Source: Gemmatimonadota bacterium
GTDB taxonomy: Bacteria > Latescibacterota > UBA2968 > UBA8231
Length of the DNA stretch: 64,000 nucleotides
Reading direction: 5' to 3'
Assembly: GCA_028875345.1 (NCBI GenBank)
Contig: JAPPEG010000101.1
Coordinates: 79-64,078 of the forward strand
The position numbers were made by a program, and so were the translations under genes. The notes under the pieces were generated by a model, which searched no databases, was not told the DNA's origin, and was given only the letters and a program-made list of their open reading frames with translations. The number at the start of each line of letters is the position of its first letter. The first letter of the stretch is position 1. Of the stretch, positions 35,096 to 45,379 are shown piece after piece.

Positions 35096-37922
35096 AGGTC
35101 AATCCACTGGTTTCGGTGCGGGCCTTCTCCTCCGCGAGCTCTATCCGCCGCTTGTCAATGCGCAGCCCCACTTGGGACATGAGCTTATAGCCCAAGTACG
35201 AGGTCGTATTGGATAATTGCACGGCAAAGGACGTCTCGTTGTAATCCCCGGTGGTATCACCTGCATTGACGGTGGCCTCGTCCACGACCATGTCGCGGAA
35301 ACGCAAGTACTCCGTGCCGAACTGTACGACCGAGCGCTTCATAAAGGGCACCTTTACCAATACCGAGGCCAGCGCGCTCCAATCGCGCCGCTCGGCCGTG
35401 GGGGTGCCTAGCTGCCGCTCGATATTGAACGGAGTGTCGTCCATGAACAACTCGTGCTTGAGGCGCGGCAGCGCGGTTATGCGGCCCAGATGCACCGGGT
35501 ACTCGGCCTTGTTGATCAGCCCAAAGCGCCGCGCATTGCGCTGCAAGAGGCGGCCAGCGCGGTCAACGGCATCCTCACGCCGTTGCTGCATGAATTCATA
35601 CAGCAGCTTGCTCTCGCTCTGGAGGCCATCGCGGCCGCGGCGCTCAGCGCCTATCCACAGCTTGTTGACCAAGGCGTCGCCCATGCCCAGCGGGTCGCGG
35701 ATGGCGGTCATGCCGCCGGGGGAATTGCTCGGGCGGCCCAGTACGGGGCGCAGTTGGATCCACTGCACCAAGTCTTCGGCGATCTCATCGGCAGCCCACT
35801 TGAACGAATTATACGCCGTCAGCGTGCCCAACCCGGCAAAGCTCTGTTCGTACGCCAGCAGGGCATAGTACGTGCGGTTGCGCGCACCCGTCGTCGGCTT
35901 GTGCTCCCACACCTGCCCAGTCGTCAGCTTGAGTTCAGGTCGGAGTTCCGCACTTAAATAGGCGTTGTACCCGCGCCGGTCGCGCTTATAGGGGTAATCG
36001 GGCTCGTCGTCGTTTTCAAAGCGGTCGCCCCAGCCATTGTTGTTCAAATCGAGGGCAAAGAGATACTCGGGCCGATCGACATTGTAGCGGAGAAAAGGCT
36101 CTTCGTAGTCGGGCAAGAAATTGGGACGCTCGCGCAGATCGTTTTGATTGAAGTCGGAAATGAAGTCGTTGTTCTCGTCGAGGCCCGGGAAGACCGCGTC
36201 GTCGGCAAAACCCTCAAAGGTGCGCGCGCGGCCCTGGCGCTGCTCACCGATGCGGCCGTCGTCAAAGCGGCGCTTTTGGTCGTTGATGCGGTCGTTGTCG
36301 TCGTTGTCATCGACAAAGTCGTACACGTGTCGCGACCGCGCTTCGTCGTCGTTGGACCAATCCACCCGACCGCCGCTATCGACAAAGCGCGGGCTCGTGT
36401 CGTACTCGGCGTCTAGGCCAAATGCCTCGCCAAAAAAGTAAAACGGCGCAAAGCGGCGCGAGACATTGAACATCCAGCCGAGGGCCGCGCGATCTCCGCC
36501 AATGCCCGAGGACGCCTTGTGCGTATCCCGAGTCCGCGTCGGGTACTGGGTGAACTGGTGGTTGACGTTGAATTCGCCGTACACGCGGAAACCAGCCCAA
36601 TCGTCGGCCTGGAGCGTCAGCCCAGCTACCTGCGTCGCCGTCGGCAGTCCGTAGTCAAAGACCACCGTCCGCTGGTTGGAGTTGTCCCAGACGTTGCCCT
36701 CGGCCCGGGCGACCGTGCGAAACTGCGGCTGCTCGCCGCTGGGACTGTTGTCGGTCTGGCGGTTGGACGTAACCTCTACCTTGTAGTCGTTGCCCAACAC
36801 CAAGCGGAAGCGCACCCGGCTGATTTGGTTGACCAAGTCCGCGCTCGGCACTACGGATTCTAGGTCCATAACCGCCGGATCGTCGTCGGAAAACACGTAT
36901 TCGAGCAAGATCTGGCTCGCCTCGCCCCGCCCTTCGGCCGTCAGAAAACCGCCCCGCTCGATTCCACCGACGATGCGCGGCGCAAAGCCAATCTCGCTGC
37001 CAATCAGCAGGGTGTCGCGGTCGCCGATCCGCGTCTCAATCTCAATATCGCTGCCAAAAAGCACGGCTCCACCGCCCTCGTCTTCGGGCGAATCGTCGGT
37101 CAGCCGCACCACGATGCGGTCGATGCGACCGTCTAGCTGGCCACTCGTCAGCTTGCCCTTGAGCGGGTGGCCCTCAAAGCGGTCGGAGGCCGTCCGGCCG
37201 TTGTGCGCGTTGAGAAAAGTGCCGCCGATCCGCGTCGTAGCGCCCAAGTCCAAGACCACGCGCCCGCCGATGAGGTTGGTGAAATTGTCCTCTGTCACGG
37301 GAAAGGGATCCGTGCGGAACAGCGGCAGGTTGATCCGCGACATGAGCACGGTGGCCGTCAGGCGGTCGGCCGCGTAGTTGAACATAACTCCGTTGTACGC
37401 GGTCTTGCGAAAGGTCATGGGCGTCAGCATGGCGAAAATTTCGTCGCCGATGAGCACCGAGAAGTAGTGCTGGCCCTTGGTGTCGCCGGCAATGACCAAG
37501 TTGCGGAACCACGAGCCGTATTGGCCAGCCTGCAAAATGCCCGAACCACCCGATCCGGTCGGCTGGACCTGACGCCAGTCGTAGATCAACCAGCCCTTGT
37601 TCAAGAAGCGCCCGTAGAGGTCGTAGAAGTACCCGCCCTCCAATCCCGGGTCGAGATAGCGCCGGTATGGGTCCCGCGCGTAGTTGGTGTAGGCCCACTG
37701 TCGGCGGTACTCGCCGGCGATTTCCTGCGGCAGATACCACTTCTGCAACGAGGGATAGACAGCCTCCATGCGCAGTCCGGTGCCGGCCGAATAGTAGATC
37801 GGCTGGCCCGTTTCGATGCGGCCCAAACGGCTGCCGTAATCCTCGCGCTGGGCGTCGAGCGGCGCGGCCCCAAGCAGGGCGACCCAACAGAGAGCGCCGA
37901 CGCGGCGCAAACTGGCGTTCAT
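35064..37922 (-). CDS. Large exported/outer-membrane protein (952 aa) with Asp-rich Ca-binding-like motifs and C-terminal beta-strand region
   Basis: Signal peptide, DDNDDND and DENNDFISDFNQND motifs, alternating-residue C-terminus TFVTVQAGL; paralog of 37927-40683. Confidence 0.78.
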   Translation of the reverse strand: MNASLRRVGALCWVALLGAAPLDAQREDYGSRLGRIETGQPIYYSAGTGLRMEAVYPSLQKWYLPQEIAGEYRRQWAYTNYARDPYRRYLDPGLEGGYFYDLYGRFLNKGWLIYDWRQVQPTGSGGSGILQAGQYGSWFRNLVIAGDTKGQHYFSVLIGDEIFAMLTPMTFRKTAYNGVMFNYAADRLTATVLMSRINLPLFRTDPFPVTEDNFTNLIGGRVVLDLGATTRIGGTFLNAHNGRTASDRFEGHPLKGKLTSGQLDGRIDRIVVRLTDDSPEDEGGGAVLFGSDIEIETRIGDRDTLLIGSEIGFAPRIVGGIERGGFLTAEGRGEASQILLEYVFSDDDPAVMDLESVVPSADLVNQISRVRFRLVLGNDYKVEVTSNRQTDNSPSGEQPQFRTVARAEGNVWDNSNQRTVVFDYGLPTATQVAGLTLQADDWAGFRVYGEFNVNHQFTQYPTRTRDTHKASSGIGGDRAALGWMFNVSRRFAPFYFFGEAFGLDAEYDTSPRFVDSGGRVDWSNDDEARSRHVYDFVDDNDDNDRINDQKRRFDDGRIGEQRQGRARTFEGFADDAVFPGLDENNDFISDFNQNDLRERPNFLPDYEEPFLRYNVDRPEYLFALDLNNNGWGDRFENDDEPDYPYKRDRRGYNAYLSAELRPELKLTTGQVWEHKPTTGARNRTYYALLAYEQSFAGLGTLTAYNSFKWAADEIAEDLVQWIQLRPVLGRPSNSPGGMTAIRDPLGMGDALVNKLWIGAERRGRDGLQSESKLLYEFMQQRREDAVDRAGRLLQRNARRFGLINKAEYPVHLGRITALPRLKHELFMDDTPFNIERQLGTPTAERRDWSALASVLVKVPFMKRSVVQFGTEYLRFRDMVVDEATVNAGDTTGDYNETSFAVQLSNTTSYLGYKLMSQVGLRIDKRRIELAEEKARTETSGLTFVTVQAGLSE

Positions 37923-37926
37923 GCCG

Positions 37927-40683
37927 CTACTCCAGCCCCGCGTACACGGTTATGAAGCTGGTGCTAAAGGCGCTGACTTCGTTGGTCCGCTCCAAGTCTT
38001 CGCTGCCAATAATTACCCGCTCCTCCCACAAGCGCGTATAACTAAAGCCAAACTGCGTTGTCAGCCGGTAGCCCAAGTAGGACCCGGCGCTGGACCATTG
38101 CAGGGCCAACACCAAGTTGCGGAAATCGCCCGTAGGCCCAGCCGGACCGTTGGCGAGTTGCTCATCCTCGTCGAGGACCAAGTCCCGGAACAGGGAAAAC
38201 TCAACGCCCGTTTCTACCAGCGACTGGCTCAATAGCGGATGGCTCAGCAGCACGATGCCCGTGCCGACCCACTCTTTGCGGTCCTCAGCGCGCGCTTCGA
38301 GCGCAGTTTGGTTTAGATACTCGCTCTTGACCTTGGGCTGCAACTTGAAGCCAGCCAAGCCGAAGGTGTAATCCGCTTTGTTGATCAACCCAACCAAGTG
38401 GCTGCCTTGGTTGAGCGCCGGGCCTTTGACGCGGCTTTTGAACGCGCTGCCTTGCTGCCAAAAGCGTTCGTACTTGAACTTGTTGATCGCATTTAGGTTG
38501 TCGAGTGGCTGGTAGTCGAGCTGTAAATAGGTCGTGTTGATCCACGTATCCCGCGCCGGCAGAATGTCGCGCACCAGCGCGAGCGAGTTGACTTCGAGGT
38601 GCGGCGTCATCTCGCGCCGGTCGTCGGCAATATCGTCTTCCACGCGCCGCAGCATCTCAAAGGCCCGCACCCGGCCCCAAGTGAAGTCGCGGTCGTAGGT
38701 CAGCAGGCCATACTCAGCGCGGTTGCGCCCGTCGGAGGCTAGGCTCTTTTCATTCAGCCTACCCAACGTCAGCCGCGTGTGCGGGTCGAGGAAAATGCCG
38801 GCGTACAGGTTGTAGCCCCGGCGATCGACCTTGTAGGGGTAGTCGGGCAAGTCGTCGTTTTCAAAGCGGTCGATCCAACCATTGTTGTTCAGGTCGATGC
38901 CGAACAAAAATTCCGGGCGATCGGCCGCATAGCGGAAGAAGGGTTCTTCGTAATCTGGGATGCGGTTGTTGAGGATGCGGTTGTCGTTTTGGTTGAAGTC
39001 GGAGACAAAGTCGTTGTTCTCGTCCCACCCCGGAAAGACGGCCACATCGCCGCCGCCCTGCGAGAAGCGGAACCAATCGGCCGAGCGGTCTTGGTCGTCG
39101 TTGTCGTCAACCAACTCGTACAGGGACGTGCGCGGATTGTCGTAGGTAATGTCCCCGCCGTCATCGACGATAAACGAGCTCGTCGAGTAATCCGGGTCCA
39201 TGCTGTATGCCTCGCCGAAAAAGTAAAACGGCGCGGCCACCTTTGAGGCGTTGACCATCCAAGCCTCAGCGTCGCGGGCGTGCGTGGCCAGCGAGAGATC
39301 GGCTGCTTGGCGCGCCGGGTTGGGGTATTGACTGTACGCGCGGCTGACGTCGAATTCCGCGTATAGGTCCACGCCCTTGATATCCGTGGCTTCTACAGTG
39401 AAGCCGTAGATCAAGCGGGACGACGGCAAGCCGTAGTCAAAGACGACCCGCTGCTGGTTGGAATTGTCCTGCACATTGCCCTCGGCGCTGAGGATGTCGA
39501 ACAACGCCGGGGACTGATCTTCAATGTCTTGGCCCGTCAGCGGCAAGACCGGCAGCACACGGCTGCCCGTCTGCCGGTCGGACCAAACTTGCACCTTATA
39601 GTCATTGGCCAAGACTAAGTCGAATTGCACGGCGACGAGCTCCGAGGGACGCGGCCCGGTGTAGGCGATATCCGTGAAGTCGTAGTTGATGACGATCTTC
39701 TCGTCGCCGTCGGCCGCTAAGGCCCCTTCCTTGGGTGCCCCGCCCGAGACCACGGGCCACCGCGCCGGATCGGAGACCACGTCGCGGAGCCTAAACTGCT
39801 CGCGCTCCCCCGTCTCTGGATCCTCGCTCGTCAAGAGGATGTCGTGCGAAAACAAGGTCGCCCCGCCCCGACCGTCCTCGGGCGAGTCGTCGCTGAGGAC
39901 TAGGGCAAGGCCCGAGACCGGCAGGCTGCCCTGATTGGCCGCGAGAGTGCCGACGAAGGGATTGCGCTCAAACGCGTCGGCCACTGTGGTGGAGTTGCGC
40001 GCATTGACTAAATTGGCCCCCACGGCCACGAAATCGCCGATCTGCACCACGGCGCGGCCAGCCATCAGGTTGGTGGCATTGGTGATGCCAGTGGGGGCAC
40101 TGGGCGTGCTGCCGATGACCGGGCGGCTCACCCGCGAAAAGAGCAGGGTGCCCTCGTATTTGTCCGCAGCAAAGTCCATCTGCACGCCGCTGAAGGCCGG
40201 CTTGGAGAAGGTGAGCGGGGTCAGGGTCGTGCGGATTCGATCGCCCACTGTGATTGCATAGTAGAACTGCCCCTGCGAGTCCGAGCTAATGGTGACCGCG
40301 TTGAACCAGTTGTTAAAGCGCGGATCCTTGAAGATGGACGAACCAAATTGCACGGGCTGGTTCTGGGTCCAGTCGTAGATGAGCCAGCCGCGCGTCAAGT
40401 AGTTGCCGTACAGGTCGTAAAACGGAGAGCCTTCAATCGTGGTGCTGACGTAGCGCTCGTACGCGTCGCGCGCGTAGTTGGTGTACTGCCACTGCTGCCA
40501 ACCGTAATCGGCAAACAACTCCTGCGGCACGTACCAGCGCTTGATCGTTGGATCCAAGGCGTCGAAGAGCACGCCCGGCCCCCGAGGCTCATAGGTGATG
40601 TCCGCACCCCAGCGCCGGCCTTGGGCGTGGGCACTTAGCGCCGCGACGAGCAAGGCGGCGAGTATCCACCGTAGGTCTCGCAT
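37927..40683 (-). CDS. Large exported/outer-membrane protein (918 aa), paralog of the adjacent gene
   Basis: Signal peptide; shared WY.PQE..WxYTNYARD, FYDLYG, GWLIYDW, DLNNNGW.DRFEND; C-terminus FITVYAGLE. Confidence 0.78.
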   Translation of the reverse strand: MRDLRWILAALLVAALSAHAQGRRWGADITYEPRGPGVLFDALDPTIKRWYVPQELFADYGWQQWQYTNYARDAYERYVSTTIEGSPFYDLYGNYLTRGWLIYDWTQNQPVQFGSSIFKDPRFNNWFNAVTISSDSQGQFYYAITVGDRIRTTLTPLTFSKPAFSGVQMDFAADKYEGTLLFSRVSRPVIGSTPSAPTGITNATNLMAGRAVVQIGDFVAVGANLVNARNSTTVADAFERNPFVGTLAANQGSLPVSGLALVLSDDSPEDGRGGATLFSHDILLTSEDPETGEREQFRLRDVVSDPARWPVVSGGAPKEGALAADGDEKIVINYDFTDIAYTGPRPSELVAVQFDLVLANDYKVQVWSDRQTGSRVLPVLPLTGQDIEDQSPALFDILSAEGNVQDNSNQQRVVFDYGLPSSRLIYGFTVEATDIKGVDLYAEFDVSRAYSQYPNPARQAADLSLATHARDAEAWMVNASKVAAPFYFFGEAYSMDPDYSTSSFIVDDGGDITYDNPRTSLYELVDDNDDQDRSADWFRFSQGGGDVAVFPGWDENNDFVSDFNQNDNRILNNRIPDYEEPFFRYAADRPEFLFGIDLNNNGWIDRFENDDLPDYPYKVDRRGYNLYAGIFLDPHTRLTLGRLNEKSLASDGRNRAEYGLLTYDRDFTWGRVRAFEMLRRVEDDIADDRREMTPHLEVNSLALVRDILPARDTWINTTYLQLDYQPLDNLNAINKFKYERFWQQGSAFKSRVKGPALNQGSHLVGLINKADYTFGLAGFKLQPKVKSEYLNQTALEARAEDRKEWVGTGIVLLSHPLLSQSLVETGVEFSLFRDLVLDEDEQLANGPAGPTGDFRNLVLALQWSSAGSYLGYRLTTQFGFSYTRLWEERVIIGSEDLERTNEVSAFSTSFITVYAGLE

Positions 40684-40697
40684 TAGACCCTCCCTAA

Positions 40698-42863
40698 TTA
40701 GTACGCTAATTCGATAGCTCTAACCGCGCTTTCGCCGCCTGTATCGCTGGCTAGCGTTACGCGCACTAAGTAAATGCCCGGCGGCAGCGCGGCCCCGTTC
40801 GCATCCGCGCCGTCCCAAGGCATGGCGTACGAGCCGCCGCCCTGGAGGCCGGAAAATAGTTGGCGCACCCGGCGTCCGGCCAAATCGACGATGTCCACAT
40901 CAACCGGGGACGGGCTGACCAAACGGCTCAGATCGTAGTACACCTGCGTCGCGTCGTTGACTCCATCGCCATTGGGGCTGAAGGGCCGGGGGTCGGCGCG
41001 CACGTTGATCAGCAGGGCGCTGCCGCCGGCTAGCGGCACATCCACCGAAAGGCCCCGGTTCGTCTCTGTGCCAACCGCCACAATATCGTCGTCGCCGGGA
41101 GCCAGCGCGGCCACGTTGCCAGCGACGACCTCCTGCCCCACATCCCCCTCGGCGCTGTTGAAGGCAAAACCGGCAAACTTGGTACCGTAGCGCAACACGC
41201 GGCTGCGAAAGCGAATTTTTAGCTGGGCCGTCCGTCCGGTCGCCAGCTCGCTTTCGGCAATGAGGGGGAAGCGCACGCGAAAGCGGCGCGCATCGACTGA
41301 CTCAATGGCAAAGCGTCCGGTCTCGTCAGTAGCTGGCAGCGCGGCAAGATCGGCCATTGAAAAGTCCGCGGTCTCGACCTGCCCATCGGCATCGACGACT
41401 TCAATGGACTCAATAACCTCTACTCGCACCGGCGTAGCGATCTCAAAACCATCAAAGCCCGTATCTACGCCTGGCCGAATGGAAGTCGGCATCACCGCAT
41501 AGACGAAATCCACCGGCTTACCCAAATCGACTTGACGCGGAAAGATCTCGCCGAGAATCTGCGCAGCCGGCGGCGGCGAGGCCACGGTAAAGGCCAGCGG
41601 GCCGATGCCTGTGGCCGCCTCCAAATCCTCGCTGAGAAAGTCGATGCGAAACTGGATGTATCGCCTCGGCCCAGGCGATACAATCGGCACGCCCAATTGG
41701 CTATCCTCGATCTCTGCCTCGGTCAACTGGGTCCCCAATTCGTAGGGCGAGGACCACGGGCTCCAAGCGTCTAGGTCGGCGACCACATTGCCCCGCTCGG
41801 CACCCAAGCCCTTGTAGTCGTCCGACGACAGCGAGATGGCGTTGCGCTCCTCCAGCGGCAGCGCGCCAAAGAGCACACGCGCACGCGCTAAGTCGGCTTG
41901 GTCGAGATTGACCTCGCCGTCCTCAGTCGCAACCGTGGCGTTCTTTTGCCACGGCACCTCGACTTGGACCCCCTCGAAGAAGAAGCGCCGGGTATAGACC
42001 AAGGGAGTGTCGTCCAAGCCGGTGCGGGTGCGCACGCGTGCGTTGGCGAAACCAGCCGGGCCGACGCTTTCTTCCACCCAGCGAATGGTCCCCCACAAGC
42101 CCAAATCTGGGCCGAGGTCGAATATGTTGGATATGTATTCGGCCGTGGGCACGAAGCCCGTGCCAAAGACGCGGAACTCGGCAATCTCAAAACCGTTGCT
42201 GGTGCGCGACTGCAAGCGGATGAAGCGCACAAATTGCGGGGGAATGCTCAGATCGACTAGCGCGTCTTGGTTGGCAGCATTCAACCGAAACGAGCGCCAT
42301 TCCGGGCCGCCCGCGCCTTGCGTCTCCTCGCTGCCGTCGTTGAAAAACAGCTCGTAGCCGCGGATGAAGTCCTCTTGGAACGGGTCTGCGGGAAAATCCG
42401 GGTGGCCATTGCGCGGGAAGAACTGGACGCGATTGACCCCAAAGCGCGCGCCTAGGTCGAAGTCCATGGCCATGCCGCGGATGACGGCCACGTTCTTGCG
42501 CTCCAAGGCCGTTGCGCCGTCGCCGTCGATCATCGTCTCTAGCTGCGACTCAATGCCTGCTTCGAGGACCGTCGGCGAGGTGACCGAACCGCCGCGCCCG
42601 AGTATGCCGAGCGCTAGATTGGTTCCCTCGACGACGTTCTGCGGAAAAATCCAACCCTCCCGACCCTCGGGATCGAAATCGATCACGCCACCCGGGGTGT
42701 TCCCGCTCTCGACCGCTCTGGCCCCGGTCGGGAAAATCGCCTGTATCTGGCCGCCGCCGTCTTGCCACGACGATCCGCTCGCGCCGCCGATGGCAATGCT
42801 CCGCGTCTCGGCCGTGCCTTGCAGTGCCGCTAACAACAGCAGCGCGGTCGGCAACCAGTACAT
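40698..42863 (-). CDS. Secreted protein with discoidin-like region and C-terminal FlgD-Ig / type-B-CTD-like domain
   Basis: Start MYWLPTALLLLAAL (ATG 42863, GGGAGG SD); FSPNGDGVND...DLAGRRVR...WDG...PPGIYL. Confidence 0.8.
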   Translation of the reverse strand: MYWLPTALLLLAALQGTAETRSIAIGGASGSSWQDGGGQIQAIFPTGARAVESGNTPGGVIDFDPEGREGWIFPQNVVEGTNLALGILGRGGSVTSPTVLEAGIESQLETMIDGDGATALERKNVAVIRGMAMDFDLGARFGVNRVQFFPRNGHPDFPADPFQEDFIRGYELFFNDGSEETQGAGGPEWRSFRLNAANQDALVDLSIPPQFVRFIRLQSRTSNGFEIAEFRVFGTGFVPTAEYISNIFDLGPDLGLWGTIRWVEESVGPAGFANARVRTRTGLDDTPLVYTRRFFFEGVQVEVPWQKNATVATEDGEVNLDQADLARARVLFGALPLEERNAISLSSDDYKGLGAERGNVVADLDAWSPWSSPYELGTQLTEAEIEDSQLGVPIVSPGPRRYIQFRIDFLSEDLEAATGIGPLAFTVASPPPAAQILGEIFPRQVDLGKPVDFVYAVMPTSIRPGVDTGFDGFEIATPVRVEVIESIEVVDADGQVETADFSMADLAALPATDETGRFAIESVDARRFRVRFPLIAESELATGRTAQLKIRFRSRVLRYGTKFAGFAFNSAEGDVGQEVVAGNVAALAPGDDDIVAVGTETNRGLSVDVPLAGGSALLINVRADPRPFSPNGDGVNDATQVYYDLSRLVSPSPVDVDIVDLAGRRVRQLFSGLQGGGSYAMPWDGADANGAALPPGIYLVRVTLASDTGGESAVRAIELAY

Positions 42864-42874
42864 TGCAACCTCCC

Positions 42875-45367
42875 TCAATACACCACGTGAACGAGGCGGT
42901 GCCGCGCGGTGCGCTCCACGCGCGAGTCGTCGTTGGGCACCACTTCTACCTCTAGCAGATACAGTCCGGGGGCGACCAACGCGCCGGATTGATCCTCGCA
43001 CGACCAGCGCAGGGCGTACTCACCGCTGATCAAGGGCCGCGTCTCCTGCCAGTGCCGCACCATCCGGCCGGCTAGGTCGTAAATCCGCACGTGGAGCGGC
43101 TGGGTGCCAGTCAGCTTAGTGACCGCGAATGAGAACGCCAACTCGTCGTTGATCCCGTCCCCATTCGGCGTCGCAACCCCACTGCCAATGCTCAAGTCGC
43201 CCAGCACGTGGCGGCCGCCTTCTGGGCCTACCAACAGCATCCCCTGCCCGGTCGCCAACTCCGTTGCATCCGCTGGATCAACCCGCTGCCAAGAGTCCTC
43301 AAGGGCCGAATGCCCCAACGACGCCTTGAACACGGCACCGGGCAAGTAGAGGGCGGTGGCGAATTGAACCTCAATCAGATCGGCTGCCGACGGGGCGACG
43401 ACCTCGCTCAACCGCACCCACAAAGAGTCTGGGGCAGTCGCCACTACTTCTGCTGAGGCCACCAGTTCCGCACTGTCCCATTGGGCCTCGCGCCCCAGCC
43501 GCAGGCCCCGGAACTCCAGTACCATGTTATCCGGTGCCCTTATCTGCACCTCGTCAAACCCCGCGCTTTGAGCAGCAAACCTTGGTTTGATGAAAAGCGA
43601 AAGCTCCTGCTCCTTGCCCAATGCGCCCACCACACCGGGTTCGATCTCGCCTAAAAGCTGGTTGGCCAGCGGCTCGACGAAGTTGAGCCGAATGGAGCGC
43701 AGCTCGGCCGCGCGCTGCGGGTCGTCCGAGACCAAGCGGGCCTTGAGTTCCAGAAATTGGCGCGGGCTCGGAGAAGTAATCGCCGCGCCCGACGCCTCGT
43801 AGGGCAAGCTCCACGCGCTCCAGTCGCCTCCAGGGACTTCCGTCGTGTCGACCGGCCCCTTGCTGAAAAAGCCCAAGCCTGCGTATGCCTCGGCCGACAC
43901 TTCGGCACCGCCGCTGTTGAAATAGCGATACTCTTCGACCAGCTCGCTGCCCGTGCGCGTCTGAATTTCGATAAAGGTTCCCAAGTCGGTGTCGCCATCC
44001 CACTCAACCGAGACCAAGTTTTTCGAGCCGCCCAAGCGGATGAGCGGCGAAACCAACTCGACTTCCGGCTGGAATCCCTCGCCGTAGAACTGCACCTCGC
44101 GCGGCTTGAACTGACCGCCTCCCCAGAACAAAATTCGCGCATAGCGCGTCCGCGTCGGCGCGAACGTATCCACGTCGTACACGTCTCCGGTATAGTGGCC
44201 AGACGTGGCGCGATTGCGATGCGAGGCCTGCGTCGTCCACACCAGCGAGCCGTCCGCAGCCAGCGAGCCGTCCGAAGTCTGCAAGTCGTAATTGGGGAAG
44301 CGGCTGCGCTGGCGGTCGTAGTAAATCTGGTGTCGGTCGATCCAGAAGGAAGAGCCTAAGTCGAAGAATAATTCCCGTATCTCGTCGGTGCTGGTAAAGG
44401 CCAAGGATGTCTCAAAGATGCCGTCGAAGAAGGCGGTCGCGGGCGCGTTGTCCAAGAAGGTGAGCAGTGCGACGCCTCTGCGCTCCACCAAGCCCAGCGA
44501 GATGTTTTCCCCGAGCGTCTGGACCTCCAGCTCGGCCAACCGCGGCCGCTCGCGGCGGTAGCGGCGGATCTCACCGCGCAACGCAGAGTCAACCACCTCG
44601 TACGTAGCCTCACTCACCTGCACTTGGCCCGCGCCGGCCTTTTTGTAAAAATCCACTGCGCCTTGATCCGCAGCCGCTAGCTGGTCGTATTGTTCAGCCG
44701 ATACCTCGGCGGCTCGCGTGCTATCCGTGTCGGTGATCGTCATGCGCACGAAGCGGATGTAGTCGCTCACCATGCGCCCTTCTCTGTCAAGGCGCGAGGG
44801 GCTCAGCTCGATTTCAAATTCTCGCTGGTCCTTGTTCGACTTCAAGGTGCGAAATACTTGGTTGAATCTGCGCTGACCTTTTGTGACCTCGGCTCCGTCC
44901 GAGGTCAAAACCACGAATTGCAGGAAAGGGTCGCCTAGCTCCTCGCCGACGAATGTGAGCCGGATATGGGTGGCTGCTACCAGCCGCCCCAAATCGACCT
45001 CAAACCACCATTGGCGCACTGGGCTCGCCGGATCGGGTTCCCAATAGGTGCTCAAGTCCCCGTCGAGAAGGTGGGCCAAATCCGCGGCCCGAGTGCCCGC
45101 AGTGAGGGCGTCGCGCAGGGTCGCGTCCTCCGAACCCTTGCCGCGCTTGATAAACGCCCCGATGTCTGACGTTGCCAGTATGTTCTTGGGCACGAAGTGA
45201 GGACGCACGGCCCCGGTCTCGTCGATGTCGAGCGTACCGCCGGGAAAAGTCCACTGCTGCCAGTGCGCCTGCCGCTCGACGACGACCCTGTTCCCGGCGA
45301 TGGTATGGCCCTGTCCCCAGGCGGCGACAACGCCCAACACACTCAGTAACAACGCAGCATTCAACAT
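42875..45367 (-). CDS. Secreted protein with discoidin-like region and C-terminal FlgD-Ig / type-B-CTD-like domain
   Basis: Signal peptide; DGDLSTYW, TPNGDGIND, YDLAGRMVR, APGLYL. Confidence 0.82.
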   Translation of the reverse strand: MLNAALLLSVLGVVAAWGQGHTIAGNRVVVERQAHWQQWTFPGGTLDIDETGAVRPHFVPKNILATSDIGAFIKRGKGSEDATLRDALTAGTRAADLAHLLDGDLSTYWEPDPASPVRQWWFEVDLGRLVAATHIRLTFVGEELGDPFLQFVVLTSDGAEVTKGQRRFNQVFRTLKSNKDQREFEIELSPSRLDREGRMVSDYIRFVRMTITDTDSTRAAEVSAEQYDQLAAADQGAVDFYKKAGAGQVQVSEATYEVVDSALRGEIRRYRRERPRLAELEVQTLGENISLGLVERRGVALLTFLDNAPATAFFDGIFETSLAFTSTDEIRELFFDLGSSFWIDRHQIYYDRQRSRFPNYDLQTSDGSLAADGSLVWTTQASHRNRATSGHYTGDVYDVDTFAPTRTRYARILFWGGGQFKPREVQFYGEGFQPEVELVSPLIRLGGSKNLVSVEWDGDTDLGTFIEIQTRTGSELVEEYRYFNSGGAEVSAEAYAGLGFFSKGPVDTTEVPGGDWSAWSLPYEASGAAITSPSPRQFLELKARLVSDDPQRAAELRSIRLNFVEPLANQLLGEIEPGVVGALGKEQELSLFIKPRFAAQSAGFDEVQIRAPDNMVLEFRGLRLGREAQWDSAELVASAEVVATAPDSLWVRLSEVVAPSAADLIEVQFATALYLPGAVFKASLGHSALEDSWQRVDPADATELATGQGMLLVGPEGGRHVLGDLSIGSGVATPNGDGINDELAFSFAVTKLTGTQPLHVRIYDLAGRMVRHWQETRPLISGEYALRWSCEDQSGALVAPGLYLLEVEVVPNDDSRVERTARHRLVHVVY

Positions 45368-45379
45368 GGCCCCTGCTCC